From positions 310,001-374,000 of the forward strand of contig JAIVFI010000011.1 of assembly GCA_025558095.1 (NCBI GenBank): DNA of 64,000 bases. The letters are read 5' to 3'. This DNA is from Hyaloraphidium curvatum SAG 235-1 (taxonomy: Eukaryota > Fungi > Monoblepharomycota). Under the pieces are notes generated by a model, which was given only the letters and a program-made list of their open reading frames with translations, was not told the origin of the DNA and did no database searches. Shown here piece by piece: positions 33,009 through 45,065 of the stretch. The first letter of the stretch is position 1, and each line of letters starts with the position of its first letter. Both the position numbers and the translations under genes were made by a program.

Positions 33009-35563
33009 TCACCACTGCCCGACAAAGTCCACCAGCGACGCCTTGTACTGCGCGACCGGGCCCCGCATGTCGCCCTCCTTGGACTCGAAGCGCGTGAACT
33101 TGCCGCTCTCGCAGACCCAGACCTCCTTGCTGTTGGAGGAGCCCGATCAGCAAACCCGTACGAAAAGCCCGATCGTGCCGGCAACGTACCAGCAAGCATC
33201 GAGGAACCGCTGGTCGTGCGATACAATCAACACAGCGCCTGAAAAGTTCTTGATCGCGCGGATGAGGGCGTCGATCGTGTCCACGTCTGGGCACGCAGGT
33301 AACGGTGAGCCAAAAGTCGATATCCAGATCAGATCACTGAGCAACCCACCGAGATGGTTCGTCGGTTCGTCCAGCACCAGCACGTGCGGCACCAAAAGCC
33401 CCAGCGACGCAAACACGACCCTCGACTTCTGCCCTCCGCTGAGCGTCCCGAGGATCTGCATCCCCGTTGGCCCCGTGATGCCGAACTTGCCCAGAGCCCG
33501 GCGGTAGTCCTCCTCGCCCCGCCCCGGGAACTTCTTCGCCAGCCACTGCACCGGCGTGAGATTCATGTCCAGGACGTCCAGGTGGTGCTGCGAAAAGTGG
33601 GCCACCCGCAGCCTCGCGTGCCGCTGCGAGTGGCCCCGCAGCGGCTCCAGGAGGCCGATGGCCAGGTTCAGCAGGGTCGACTTGCCGGCGCCGTTGGGGC
33701 CGACGATGGCGATCTTGCTGTCCATGCCGATGTTGAAGGAGACGTCGCGGAGGATGAGCTTCTCGGGCGTGTATCCGAAAACGACGTCCTCCATCTTGAG
33801 GATCGGGGGTGTGAGCTTGTCCGGCTCGTCGAAGCGGAAGTAGAGGTGGGCACCGCCGGCGCCGAGGCCTTCGTCCTCGGTGGTCGGGGGCGGGCCGAGC
33901 GGAGGGAGCCTGACACGAGGCGATCAGCAACGATTCGTCGGTGAACCGACGCCTCATCTCACTTTTCCAGGATCTTGATCTTGGACTGGGCCTGCGCCGC
34001 GCGGTTCGCGTTGTACCGCCACCTGTCGATGAAGGCCTGGAGGTGCTGCCGGTACGCGACCTGCGCCTCGTAGTCCTTGATCCGCTGGCGCTTGCGCTCC
34101 TCGCGCGTCTTTTGGAACGTGGAAAAGTCGCCCTTGTAGTGCTCGAGCGAGCACGAGTGCTGGTGGTAGATGTCCGTGGCAATGGTGTCGAGGAAGGCGC
34201 GGTCGTGCGAGACGACGAGGATGGTGGTGGGCCACTTGATCAGATACCGCTCGAGCCAGACGACCGCCGGGAAGTCTGGCGAGAGAGGGAAGGCGTCAGC
34301 AGCAGTCCAGGCAAACTACAGGCGACGGCGGCCCACCAAGCATGTTGGTCGGCTCGTCGAGCAGCAAGAGGTCCGGCCTCCGGAAGAGCGCCCTCGCCAG
34401 GGCCAACCGCATCCTCCACCCGCCCGAAAACGTCCTCGTCGCGGCGAGCTGCTGCTCCGCCGAGAACCCCAGGCCCGATAGGATCACGGCCGCGCGCGAC
34501 TCGGCCTTGTCGGCCTCGATCTCCTCAAGCCGCTGGTGCACGGCCTTGAGCCGGGCCGACGCCTCCTTTGCCTTTTCGTCGCCGCCCTCCATTGCCGCAG
34601 TCAGCTCCTTCTCCTCCGCAAGCAGCGCCTCCCGCTCCAAATCGGCCGAGAGGACGGACCTTATGGCCGGGGTATCGTCGCCAACAACCTGCCAAAAGGA
34701 GGTCAGCCCGGGAGCCCGAAGCCGCCAGCAGATTGGGCAAACGCACCTCCTGTTCCACGTGCAGCACTGAAATGTTCTGAGACACATACAACTCGCGGGT
34801 GCTGATGGCCCGGAGGAGCGTGGTCTTGCCGATGCCGTTCCGGCCGACGAGCCCGTACCGGCGCCCGAAGGAAAGCTGGATCGCGGCGTCCTTCAGGATC
34901 ACGTGGCCACCGTAGGAAATGTCAAAGTTCTCCAGGGCAATGTCCTTGGTCTGGGCGACCGCCGGGGGACGGTTGGGCTGGGTGACGATGCTGGAGACGG
35001 AGGATCAGCGGCTGCCGAACAGGAAACCGGGCTCTGGCGCCCCAATCAAACGCAGATCGAAATACCCACATCGGAGGCACCGCGTTGGGATCCCACACCG
35101 CCTCGGCCTTCTTCCCCGTCTTCTTGGAGCGCTGCCGCTCCTCCTGCTGCTTCAGCTTCAGCATGTCCACGCTCGAGATGGGCGCCTTGCGGCCCTTGCC
35201 CGAGGTCCACGTGATGTCCGTCACGATCGACGACGCCATGTCGAGCGTCGACGAGGTAAAGTCCGCGTCCAGCGCCGTGTAGACCTCCTTCAGCTTGGCC
35301 AGCCCCGGCCCGGCGCCGCCCGCGTCGTCGGGGAAGATCTGCGCCGCCAGCCGCGCGCACAGCTCGTCCACATCGTCGGGCTCCGCGCCGGCGTCGAGCA
35401 GCAGCGGCCCGAGGAAGTCCGTCAGCGCCTCGCGCGACCCGTCGCGCACGTTGTCCGCGTCGTCGAACCAGCCGAGCGCGTAGTCGACCGTCGAGTCGTC
35501 GATGAGCGGGCACGCGCGGAGCACCTCGGCCCGCACCATGTCGGTGACGTCGGCGCCCGCCAT
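33009..35563 (-). CDS. GCN20: ABCF3/Gcn20-type soluble ABC ATPase, multi-exon
   Basis: [68 protein letters not shown]; no TM domains. Confidence 0.92.
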
Positions 35564-35694
35564 CGTGGCGAACGGGGGGCAATCGGCCGGGGACTACGAG
35601 TTGTTTTTGTCGACTGGGACGGCGTCGCGGCCTTCCATCATCACGCTGCAGCGTCTTTTGTCCTCGCACAAAGCCACTCTCGGCGCCTGTCGAC

Positions 35695-36898
35695 ATGCCT
35701 CCGCGCCGCCGCGCCCCTCCTCCTCTCTCCGCCTTCGCCGTCTCCGCGGCCGACACGTCGAACGGGCGCCAGCTGTTCCCGGCCGAGGTCCTCTCGCTGA
35801 TCCTCGGGCACGTCTCCGCCGAGCGCGACCTCCACGCGATGCTCTCGACCTGCAGGCTGTGGCTCATGCTCGCCGCGCCGAAGCTGTGGAAGGACGGGCC
35901 GAGGTGGGTCTGCGGCGCGGAGGGGGCGATCGCCCGGTCGGTCGGGGCGCGGTGCGAAAGTCTGACGCGCCGTCCGCGCAGGTTCCGCACGCGGAAGCAG
36001 CTCTTCGAGTTCATGTTTTCGAACTACGACGACGCGCTCTGGACCGCTCAGATCGAGGGAAGGGGCAAGCACCCGGCCCTGCGCGCCCGCTGCCCTACTT
36101 CGGTGTCGTCAAGCGGTTCCTCATGGATCGGATGCCCGTGGCCGTGCTCACGCATCTCGGGGTGGCCAAGCTGGCGAGCAACTGTGCCGTCGTGGAGGAA
36201 GTCAGGCTGCAGCTTGGGGCCATCGACCAGCAGGTGGGAAACGACGGGCGATCGGAGCCGGGACGAGCTAACGGACGCCGTCCAGATCCTCGACGCGCTG
36301 GCGAACAAACCCATCCGGATTGTTGACCTGCGGGGCGAGCTCGGTTACTACAGAAGGGCGGTTACCAAGGGCCTCACTCGCTTCCTGACCAAGCTGGAGG
36401 ATTTGCGCGAGTTCCGAACCGGTTCACCTATTACCGAATACTGGGCGAGCAAGTTTCTGAGGTCCCCCGGGGCGAGAAGCATCCGGATCCTCTCCGTCAG
36501 CTGCGCTGCAATGGGAGAATGGTCGAAGAACTTGGCTGGTTTGGAGGTGCTCGACTACCGCGTGCCCGTCTACTACCCGGAAGAGGTACACAGGACGTTG
36601 CTGCGCGCGGTCGGCGAAGACATGAAGAGCCTCAAGCGTCTGTCGATGCGTAGCATGCAGGGCGTCACCGAAGCACTGTGCGAAACGCCGTGCGTCAGCC
36701 GTGCAGATTGCATCTCAACCACTCTCCAACAGCGTCATCGATCTCGTCTGCTCCCTCCCCAAGCTCGAGCAGCTCGACATCACCGGCTGCACGGGGCTCG
36801 CCAACAAGCCTGGGGTGCCGGATCCGGGCGTGTGGGACGCGGGGCAGCTCGAGGCGATCCGGGCGCGGGGGAGGTCCGGCGGACCTGCCGGGGCGTGA
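35695..36898 (+). CDS. F-box / leucine-rich-repeat protein (possible internal frameshift ~36060)
   Basis: LFPAEVLSLILGHV...LHAMLSTCRLW...KLW F-box; LRR-like LPKLEQLDITGCTGL in the last exon. Confidence 0.7.
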
Positions 36899-37061
36899 TC
36901 GCCCCCGGAATGTGGCCGGGGCAATAGCATGCGCCTCAAGGAGGGCTCGCCACTGCGATAGAACGACACTTAGTGACCTCGATCGCCGACGTGTCGCGCG
37001 GGCTGGCGGAGTTGCTCGCTCTGAGATACACGCAACTCGCGCTGCTCCATCGGGGGCGATT

Positions 37062-38799
37062 ATGGCGAGTCCGGCGCGGGGCACGCCGTCGCCGCCGCTG
37101 GGGGCGCGGCCGCCGTCCGCGAGCTCGCTGTCGCTGTCGGCGTCTGCGTCGGGGGCGGCGTCGGACGGGTCTGGCGAGCGGGGCGGGCCGGCCGGGTCTC
37201 GCGAGGGCCGCGACGCGGTTGTCGGCCGCCGCGTGTACGCCAAGCTCGCCGCGCTGCTGATCGGCGCGCGCGCGGTGCCGCAGCCGCCGCCGCGGCGCCG
37301 GAAGCCCGACGTGTGGTTCAACATCGAGGCGGCCGAGCCGGACGGCGCGAGGGAGGCCGCCGCGCCGTGGCGCGACATCGGGCCGCGCGACGGCGCGCCG
37401 AGAATGGTCGTCGACGTCGTGCTGCGCGCCGGCCGGCTGCGCGTGGGCGACGGGGCCGGCGGGGCGAGAGAGGTCGACGCATCGCGCGGGCTCTTGCTCG
37501 AGACGTGGGCGCTGTCGCGCGTGCCGCTGCCCGCCTCCGCCGCGCCGCCGCCGGTCTCGCAGTCCTACCTCGCCCTCACGTCGTTCTTCCGGCTGCTGTA
37601 CTCGACGCTGCGGCTGCTGCCCGGGCACAGGATCGTTAGGAGGCTACGAGCAGCCGCTGCGCCCGGCGACGACGCCCCCGTCGTCGAGGTGTACTTTGGG
37701 ACCGAGCGGGGCAGGTGGGGCGTCGAGCTGGGCGAGCCATTCGGCGGGCGGGACAGCGGCGAATGGCACACTCGCGTCGAGACCGGAAGCGGGTCGGTTG
37801 CGTCATCTCGTCTTGCTGCTACGGCCGACTCACGCGTCCTCCCTTAAACCCCACCAGCACATATACCCTGCACTGTGCATACCGCACGCTGGCCGACTTT
37901 TCGCCCGTCTCGGCGCCCGCGGCCGTGCCCCGCCGCGCCGAAACGGACCCGCTGCCCCGCGCCGCCTCGCCCTACTCCTCCTCCCTGCCCTCGCGCAACC
38001 CGCAGCCCATCGCCCACCGCCCGGCGCTCACGGACCACCCGCCCCCCGCGCGCGCATCCCCGCCGCCGTCGCAGCTCTCCATGACGCCGCTGCCCGTCCC
38101 GTACCGCCGTCAGTCCTCCTCCCTCTCCTCCTCCCGCCCCGCGGTACCCTCCTCCCTCGGCCGCTCCTCCCCCCGCCCGCTTTCCTCCTCCCCGCGCGGC
38201 TCCTTCTCCTCCCGCGACCGCGAGGACCTCCGGCGGCGCTCGCTGGTGGGCTCGGCCTCGCTGGTGGACGACGACGCGGAGCTGCAGGGGTTCCTGGGCA
38301 TGGTCGAGGGGCAGCGCCGCGAGGTGGACATGGGGGGGTCGTTCATGGGCGCGTCGGTGCTGCGGAGCGGGATGCACAACCCGGAGGACGCGATGGCGAG
38401 GAGCAGGGTGCTCGAGCAGAGCAAGGTCGGTACACCCCGCGCCGCCGGCGGACGGAACCCCACTTACGCCATTCCTCCCGCGCTTCCTAGATCGCTCTCG
38501 CCCGGTACTCTGCCCTCGCGCCGACCATCGCCTCCCTCTCCGCCGCAGTCGACTCGCTCCCCCGCCGTTCCCCCGGCCGCGGCGGCCTGCGCCCCTCCCG
38601 CTCCGGCACCCTCCCCCGCGGCCCGTCTAGCCCGACGGCGGCGGAACCGGAGCCCGAACCCGAGGCCGAACCGGAACCGGAGCGGGGGGAGCGGGCCGAG
38701 GAGCCCGAGGTGCGGCAGAGGATGCCGGGGGGGTTCCCGGAGAGCGGGGAGGACGAGCTGGTTTTCGAGATGAGCGGGATCACGGAGGGGTGGGGATGA
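37062..38799 (+). CDS. ATG13: Autophagy protein Atg13 (HORMA domain + disordered tail)
   Basis: KPDVWFNIE, LLLETW, FFRLLYSTLRLLP, AYRTLADF HORMA motifs; Ser/Pro-rich tail; C-terminal EDELVFEMS. Confidence 0.8.
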
Positions 38800-39186
38800 T
38801 GGGATCTGCGGGCACCGGATGCGCGCGGCATGGATGTGGAAGGGCACGGGAGGGTCACGGCGGATGGAAGGTAGGGTGGTGGTGGGCGGGGTTGCGGGCG
38901 GGATGCGGTGCGCGGCGGGGACGCTCGGCACGGGGCGGTATGATGATTGATTGATTGCCTTCGACTGGATGATATGACGATACACTGCGATGCGATGCTG
39001 GAATGGGGATCGCGGTAGCGAGTGGGTTGTGGCTGACGCGGGTGTTTCTCCGACCGAGTCCGTCCGTCCGTTCCGGTGCAAGGACACCGCGACCAAAAAG
39101 GGCCGGATGGCGAAGCGGACGTGCTTGCGGCACCGAAATCGACGACGAACGCACGCTGAACCCTGAAACCCCGCTTTTCGGACGGA

Positions 39187-42100
39187 ATGGAGCCCCCGGC
39201 GACCGCCAAGGCGGACGTCCCCCTCGCCAGTCAAGCGCTCCCTCCGGCGCACCTCCCCGAGCGAATCCTCCCCGGAGAGCCCGAAGATGGCCCCGCCATC
39301 GAGCTCACGCAGACGGGCCCGGCCCAAAGCAAGGGCGAGGTGGCCATCGACCTCGAGGACGCGGACCGGCCAGTCGAGGCAGTCCCACCGCAGACCGCGG
39401 ACGCCGCAAAGGCGAAGAAAGTGCCCCTCTGGCGGCTCTTCCGCTTCGCGTCGCCCACGGACTGGCTCCTCATCCTCCTGGGCACGCTCGCCGCGGTGCT
39501 GACGGGAGGAGCTCTCCCGACGATGAACCTGGTCCTGGGATCGGTTACGAATGCGTTAATCAGCTACCCATTCACCAACGACGTCGCCCTGCTTGAAGCC
39601 GAGATCGCACGGGCCGTGGTCTTCTTCATCGGGCTCGGGATCGCGGTCATGGTCGTCTCCTGGGTTCAGATCGCCTTCTTTATGTGGAGCGGCGAGAACC
39701 AGGCCAAGAGGATACGACAGCTTTACTTTCGGGCGCTGATGAGGAAGGACGTTGGGTTCTTCGATGGCCAGGAGACAGGTGATTTGACGTACCGCCTCGT
39801 AGGTTCTTTGGCGGGGAGGATGGGGACTTTGACTGAACGCCATCTAGTCGGGCAATATTGCACTGCTTCAGGAGGGCATCAGCGAGAAGGTCGGAAACCT
39901 TCTCCAGTACGTCTCGTCGTTCATATCGGCCTTCATCGTTTCGTTCGTACTGTCGTGGCGTCTGAGCCTGGTTCTGTGCTCGGCGCTACCCCTCCTCGTC
40001 ATTTCGGGCTGGATCATAGGCGACTACATGGCGGAGTCGAGCACGGACGGCCAAGGCGCCTACGGGAAGGCCGGCGGCGTCGCGCAGCAGGCCATCTCGT
40101 CGATCAGGACCGTGGCGGCGTTCGGGGCGGAGGAGAAGGAGATCGCCCGATTCGCCAAGTACCTGGACGAGGCCTACGAGATCGGGAAGAAAAAGACGAT
40201 TTACCAATCACTCTCTTTCGGCTTCATCATGAGCATGCTTTACGCTACCTACGCGCTCGGCTTCTACGTGGGTAGTGACTGTAGTTGCTTTTTGTTTCTG
40301 TGCTGAAACGCTGCTCTCCAGTACGGCGGCCTCCTCATTTCCTGGAGCCTCGCAGACCCGGGCACGGTCCTCACCTGCATTCTGTGCATCATGCAGGGGG
40401 CGCTATCTCTGGGCCAGACCACGCCGCTCATCACCGCGATCGCGAGCGGCGCCGGCGCGGCCGCCGACATCTTCGCCGTCATCGACGAGCCCTCCCCGAT
40501 CGATTACAAGGCCGGCAACGGGCGCAAGCCGGACCGCGTCGAAGGGCTCTTCGAGCTCACGGACGTGGACTTTGTGTACCCCACCCGGCCCGACGTGCAG
40601 GTGCTGCACAAGTTCAACCTGAACATCAGGCCCGGGACCAAGGTCGCGCTGGTCGGGCCCTCGGGTTCGGGTAAGAGCTCCGTGGTGAAGCTGCTTGAGC
40701 GCTTCTATGATCCAATTGGCGGATCGGTTAAGCTGGACGGGGTCGATTTGCGTGAGGTGGGACCCCCAGGTTGGGCGCGCAAGCTGCCGCTGACGTTGCT
40801 CCAGATCGACCTGCATTGGCTCCGCCAGCAGATCGGCATCGTAGGGCAGGAACCTAGTCTCTTCGACTGTTCGATTCGCGAGAACCTCCTCCTTGGGCTG
40901 CGGACGGACGAGGAGATAGCTACAATGTCCCGCGCGGACCAGGATAAGGCGATCGAGGCCGCGTGCCGGGCCGCCAACGCGTGGGACTTTGTCACCGCCC
41001 TTCCCAAAGGGCTTGAGACCACCGTTGGAGAGGCTGGGAGCATGCTGTCGGGCGGCCAAAAGTTGGTTGATGGCGTGGCGAGGCAGGGATTCGGTCTGAC
41101 CCACAACCGGCACAGGCAACGCATCGCCATTGCTCGTGCCTTGATGCGCGACCCTCAAATCCTTCTCCTCGACGAGAGCACAAGTGCTTTGGAGTATGTG
41201 CCTCATTCCTTGGATCGGAAAGCTGAACTGACTGTCCCGCACAGTACCCACTCGGAGCGAGTCGTCCAAGCTGCTCTGGACGCTGCGTCGAAAGGGCGCA
41301 CGACCGTGACGGTCGCCCACCGGCTCTCCACCATTCGCTACAGTGACTTGATCGTGGTCATGGACAAGGGCAAGATTGTCGAACAGGGCACGCACGAGGA
41401 GCTTCTGAAGCTTGGTGGCACTTACTCTAAGTGAGCCATTCGCTGCATCCGCCGTGCATTGCGACTGATTCATGTCGGAAAAGACTAGTGGAAGCGCAAC
41501 AGATAAAGGAGCTTTCGGACGCGGACGGGAAGGACGTCGCTCAAGAGCCGTCGGAGAGCGACACCGAGGACACGGCGGGCATCGCCGCTGCCCCGTCACG
41601 GATACCGATTGACGACCGGAAAGCGTCGCATGTGCCGTCCGCTGCCGCTATCGCTCTGGAGGAAGAAGCACGCGAGGAACAGTTCGCAAAGCGGAGCATC
41701 CCCTGGAGCAAGCTCTTCGCCTACTGGAAGCCCGAGACAGGGATGCTTCTCGTCGGCTCCGTAGCAGCAATCGGCTATGGTATTATCATACCCGTGTTCC
41801 AGATTTTCTTTGGCGAGGTGCTCTTCGTCTTTGCAGCTGGTGGGGAGCAGCTCATGGCTGGCGCCGCACGCTGGTCGGGCATAATGGCGCTTTGTGCGTG
41901 CGCTGCGTTCGTCTGCGTCTTCGTCGACTGCTACTGCTTCATCCTGTCTGGAGAGAAGCTTACCAGACGCATTCGGCACAACACTTTCAAGGCGATTCTC
42001 TTTCAAGATGTCGGATGGTTCGACCTACCGGAGAACTCCCCTGGTATCCTCTCGGCAAGGCTCGCGGAGGACGCGGGCAAAGTGCAGGGTCTTGCAGGGG

Positions 42101-43555
42101 TCCTCATGGCCACCATCATCGAGACCGGATCGCTGCTCCTCGCATCAATCGTCATTGGCCTCGTGTTTTCGTGGCAGCTCACCTTGGTGGTTCTGCCGAT
42201 GATCCCGCTCATCGTTCTGGGATCGTTCGCGGAGATGAAGGCGATGGCTGGATTCGGCGCTGTCACCAAGAAGGTCAGAGACAGCCAGTCTTCGCTCGCG
42301 ATACAGACGCTCATCCACTCTCGTGCAGGCCTACAACGAGGCGTCCAAGATCCCGACCGAAGCCATTGCTTCCATCCGCACGGTCGTGATGCTCAATAGG
42401 GAGGACTACTTTCTGTCGCTCTACGACTCCAAGATCGAGGCACCGCACCGTGTGGCGCATCGCGGCGCCGCTTTTGCTGCGAGCGCATTTTCGTTGTCTC
42501 AATGCGTGCAATTCTTTGCCTTTGCGCTGGCGTTCTGGTGGGGCTCTCGACTGTTGATCAACGGCACTTCTTCTGCGGACGGGGTCTTCATCGCAATCTT
42601 CTCCTGCATCTTCGGAGCCGTTTCCGCGGGGCAGAGCGCGACGTTCGCAAGCAGCGTCGCGAAGGCCGCGATCGCGGCCAACTCAATCTTTGACATTATC
42701 GACCGGAAGCCGCCGATCGACGTCACCTCTTTGGACGGCAGCGAGTCGCCGGACAGGACCGGGGAAGCGGGGACCGAGCACGCAAAATTTGCCTATCCGA
42801 CTCGGCCGGCGAACCCGATCCTCAGGGGCCTGGACATTGTTGCCGAGCCTGGCAAGACGATTGCCCTAGTCGGAGCTTCGGGCTGCGGCAAGTCGACGGT
42901 TATTCAACTGCTGGAACGATTCTATGACGTCAGCAGCGGAGCGGTCAAGCTGGATCACATGGACGTCCGCGACTGGAACCTCTCCAAGCTCCGGAGCCGC
43001 ATGGCCCTTGTATCGCAGGAACCACGTCTCCTGAATGTCAGCATTCGTGAGAATATTGCTTACGGAGCCCTGCATCCGCCGACGGAAGAGGAGATCGTGG
43101 AAGCCGCCAAGATGGCCAACATCCACGACTTTGTCACCTCGCTACCGCAGGGCTACGACACTGTAGTCGGGGAGCAGGGAGGCTCGCTCTCGGGAGGACA
43201 GAAGTGAGTGCTGCGTTGCTGCTCATGCTGCTTATGCTTACAACGGTTATTCAGGCAACGCGTTGCGATCGCCCGTGCCCTGATCCGCAAGCCGCCGGTG
43301 CTCCTGCTGGACGAGGCAACTGCGGCACTGGACGGCACGAGCGAGAAGGTCGTGCAGGAAGCGCTGGACCGCGCGGCAAAATCGCGGACGACCATCGTGA
43401 TCGCGCACCGGCTCGCGACCATCCAGGGAGCCGACCTCATCGTGTGCCTCAAGGACGGGCGCGTCGCGGAGAAGGGCACGCACTTTGAGCTGCTGGCACA
43501 GAACGGCATCTACGCGAACCTCGTAGCGCAGCAGAGCTTGTCGGTGGATGGTTGA
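39187..43555 (+). CDS. Full-length ABCB (MDR/P-glycoprotein) transporter, multi-exon
   Basis: TMD-NBD-TMD-NBD; GPSGSGKSS and GASGCGKST Walker A, two LSGGQKQR signatures after splicing, [10 protein letters not shown] and [11 protein letters not shown]. Confidence 0.95.
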
Positions 43556-43759
43556 TGGACACGTCTGTCGCTAGATTTCAATGAAGTGATGAACTGATTG
43601 GGCGCCATACGATTACTTACCACTCGAGCCATTTGGTGGACGGTTGATGCACGCGACGTATCGCGCTGATTCGAGGGATTCGATGACCTTATGGAGTCGA
43701 GGACAATGTTTGGGGCTGTGCAGCCAGTCAGTCGGCAGAAGTCGGGTTGGGACCTGTTC

Positions 43760-44970
43760 ATGCAACTGTTGGCCCGCTCACTGCCCGGGACCATACGCGC
43801 CGGACTCCGCCCCGCCTCAATTTTATTGTGCTCTTCTCGTCCTCGCCTTCCCCGTCGCCCGTTGTCCGCGATGCCGTCTGCGGAGGCCCCGGATGTGCCG
43901 CGTGCTCTCGCGTCGGTGAACACGGAGGAGACCGTCATCTCCACCAACCGTGCCATTCTGTACGCGCTAGGGGTTGGCGCGAAGCGCAACGAGCTGGATC
44001 TTGTGTACGAGGGCGCGCCGGATTTCAAGGTAGCGAAGTCTCGGATGTCGTGGCCAGGGGCTCTAACGCCACTTGCAGGTTCTGCCCACCATGGGAGTCA
44101 TTCCTGCGTTCGATGTGATGTGGCAGAACAAGTGGAAAGATGCCGTTCCGCCTTTCGATCCCGTGGGCGTCGCTGCGCTTCCCGTGTTTTTGCCGCCACC
44201 TGACCGCTGCAAACGGACGATTGCCGGCAGATGGCCCTCCTCCACGGCGAGCAGTTCCTGGCTCTGCACCGGCCGATCCCCACCGATACCCCGTTGGTGT
44301 CGGAGTGCAAGCCGCTCGCGTTGCTTGACAAGGGCAAGGCGTTGTGTGCCATCTTCTCCGTCACGACCTCGCTCAAGAGCGGCGAACCTGTCTGCACCAA
44401 CGAGTTCACCCTCTTTATCCGCGGTGCCGGTGGCTGGGGCGGCCAAAGGAACCTGGAGCGCGAGGGTGCTGCTTCCTGGGCCAACGAGGTTCCCGCGAGG
44501 GAGCCCGACAAGGTCGTCCAGGAGAAGACGACTGAGGAGCAGGCTGCGCTCTATCGTCTGAGCGGGGACCTCAACCCGCTGCACGTCGACCCCAGCGAGT
44601 CCAAGAAAGGAGGGTTCGACGTGCCAATGTGAGGCGCGGCGGGGAATAGCTGACGGGGGCGAATCTCACCCTTCCTCAGCCTTCACGGCCTGTGCACGTT
44701 TGGCATTGCTGGGAAGCACATCTTCCGGGACTACTGCGGCTCGGATCCGGCAAAGTTCAAGTCCATCAAGGTGTGTCGCTCCGACTATAGGATTGCGATC
44801 TTGGGGCTAACCGTTTTCGCAAAAAGGTCCGGTTTGCCGCCCCCGTGTTCCCGGGCGAGACGTTGGAGACGCGGATGTGGAAGGAGCCCGGCAAGGTCGT
44901 GTTCACCGTTCGCGTTGTCGAGAGGGACACGATCGTGATCGCCAGCGCTGCGGTGGAGGTCGCCGAGTAG
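43760..44970 (+). CDS. Stand-alone (R)-enoyl-CoA hydratase 2 (MaoC double hot-dog), multi-exon
   Basis: LYALGVG, LLHGEQ, YRLSGDLNPLHVDP hydratase-2 motif, LHGLCTFG, FAAPVFPGETL. Start is either 43760 or 43871. Confidence 0.9.
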
Positions 44971-45065
44971 ATTTTGGAGATCAGCAACTTTTGACATGGC
45001 GATCTAGTCGAGTGGTGAACATAGAAACAAAGCCACAGCAGTACACAAGTGCTTTTCTGCAGAAC

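Noticed and set aside
33009-35563. Functional link between GCN20 and the RWD/RelE helicase
   Set aside because: They are 18 kb apart with many unrelated housekeeping genes between; proximity is not evidence in a eukaryote.
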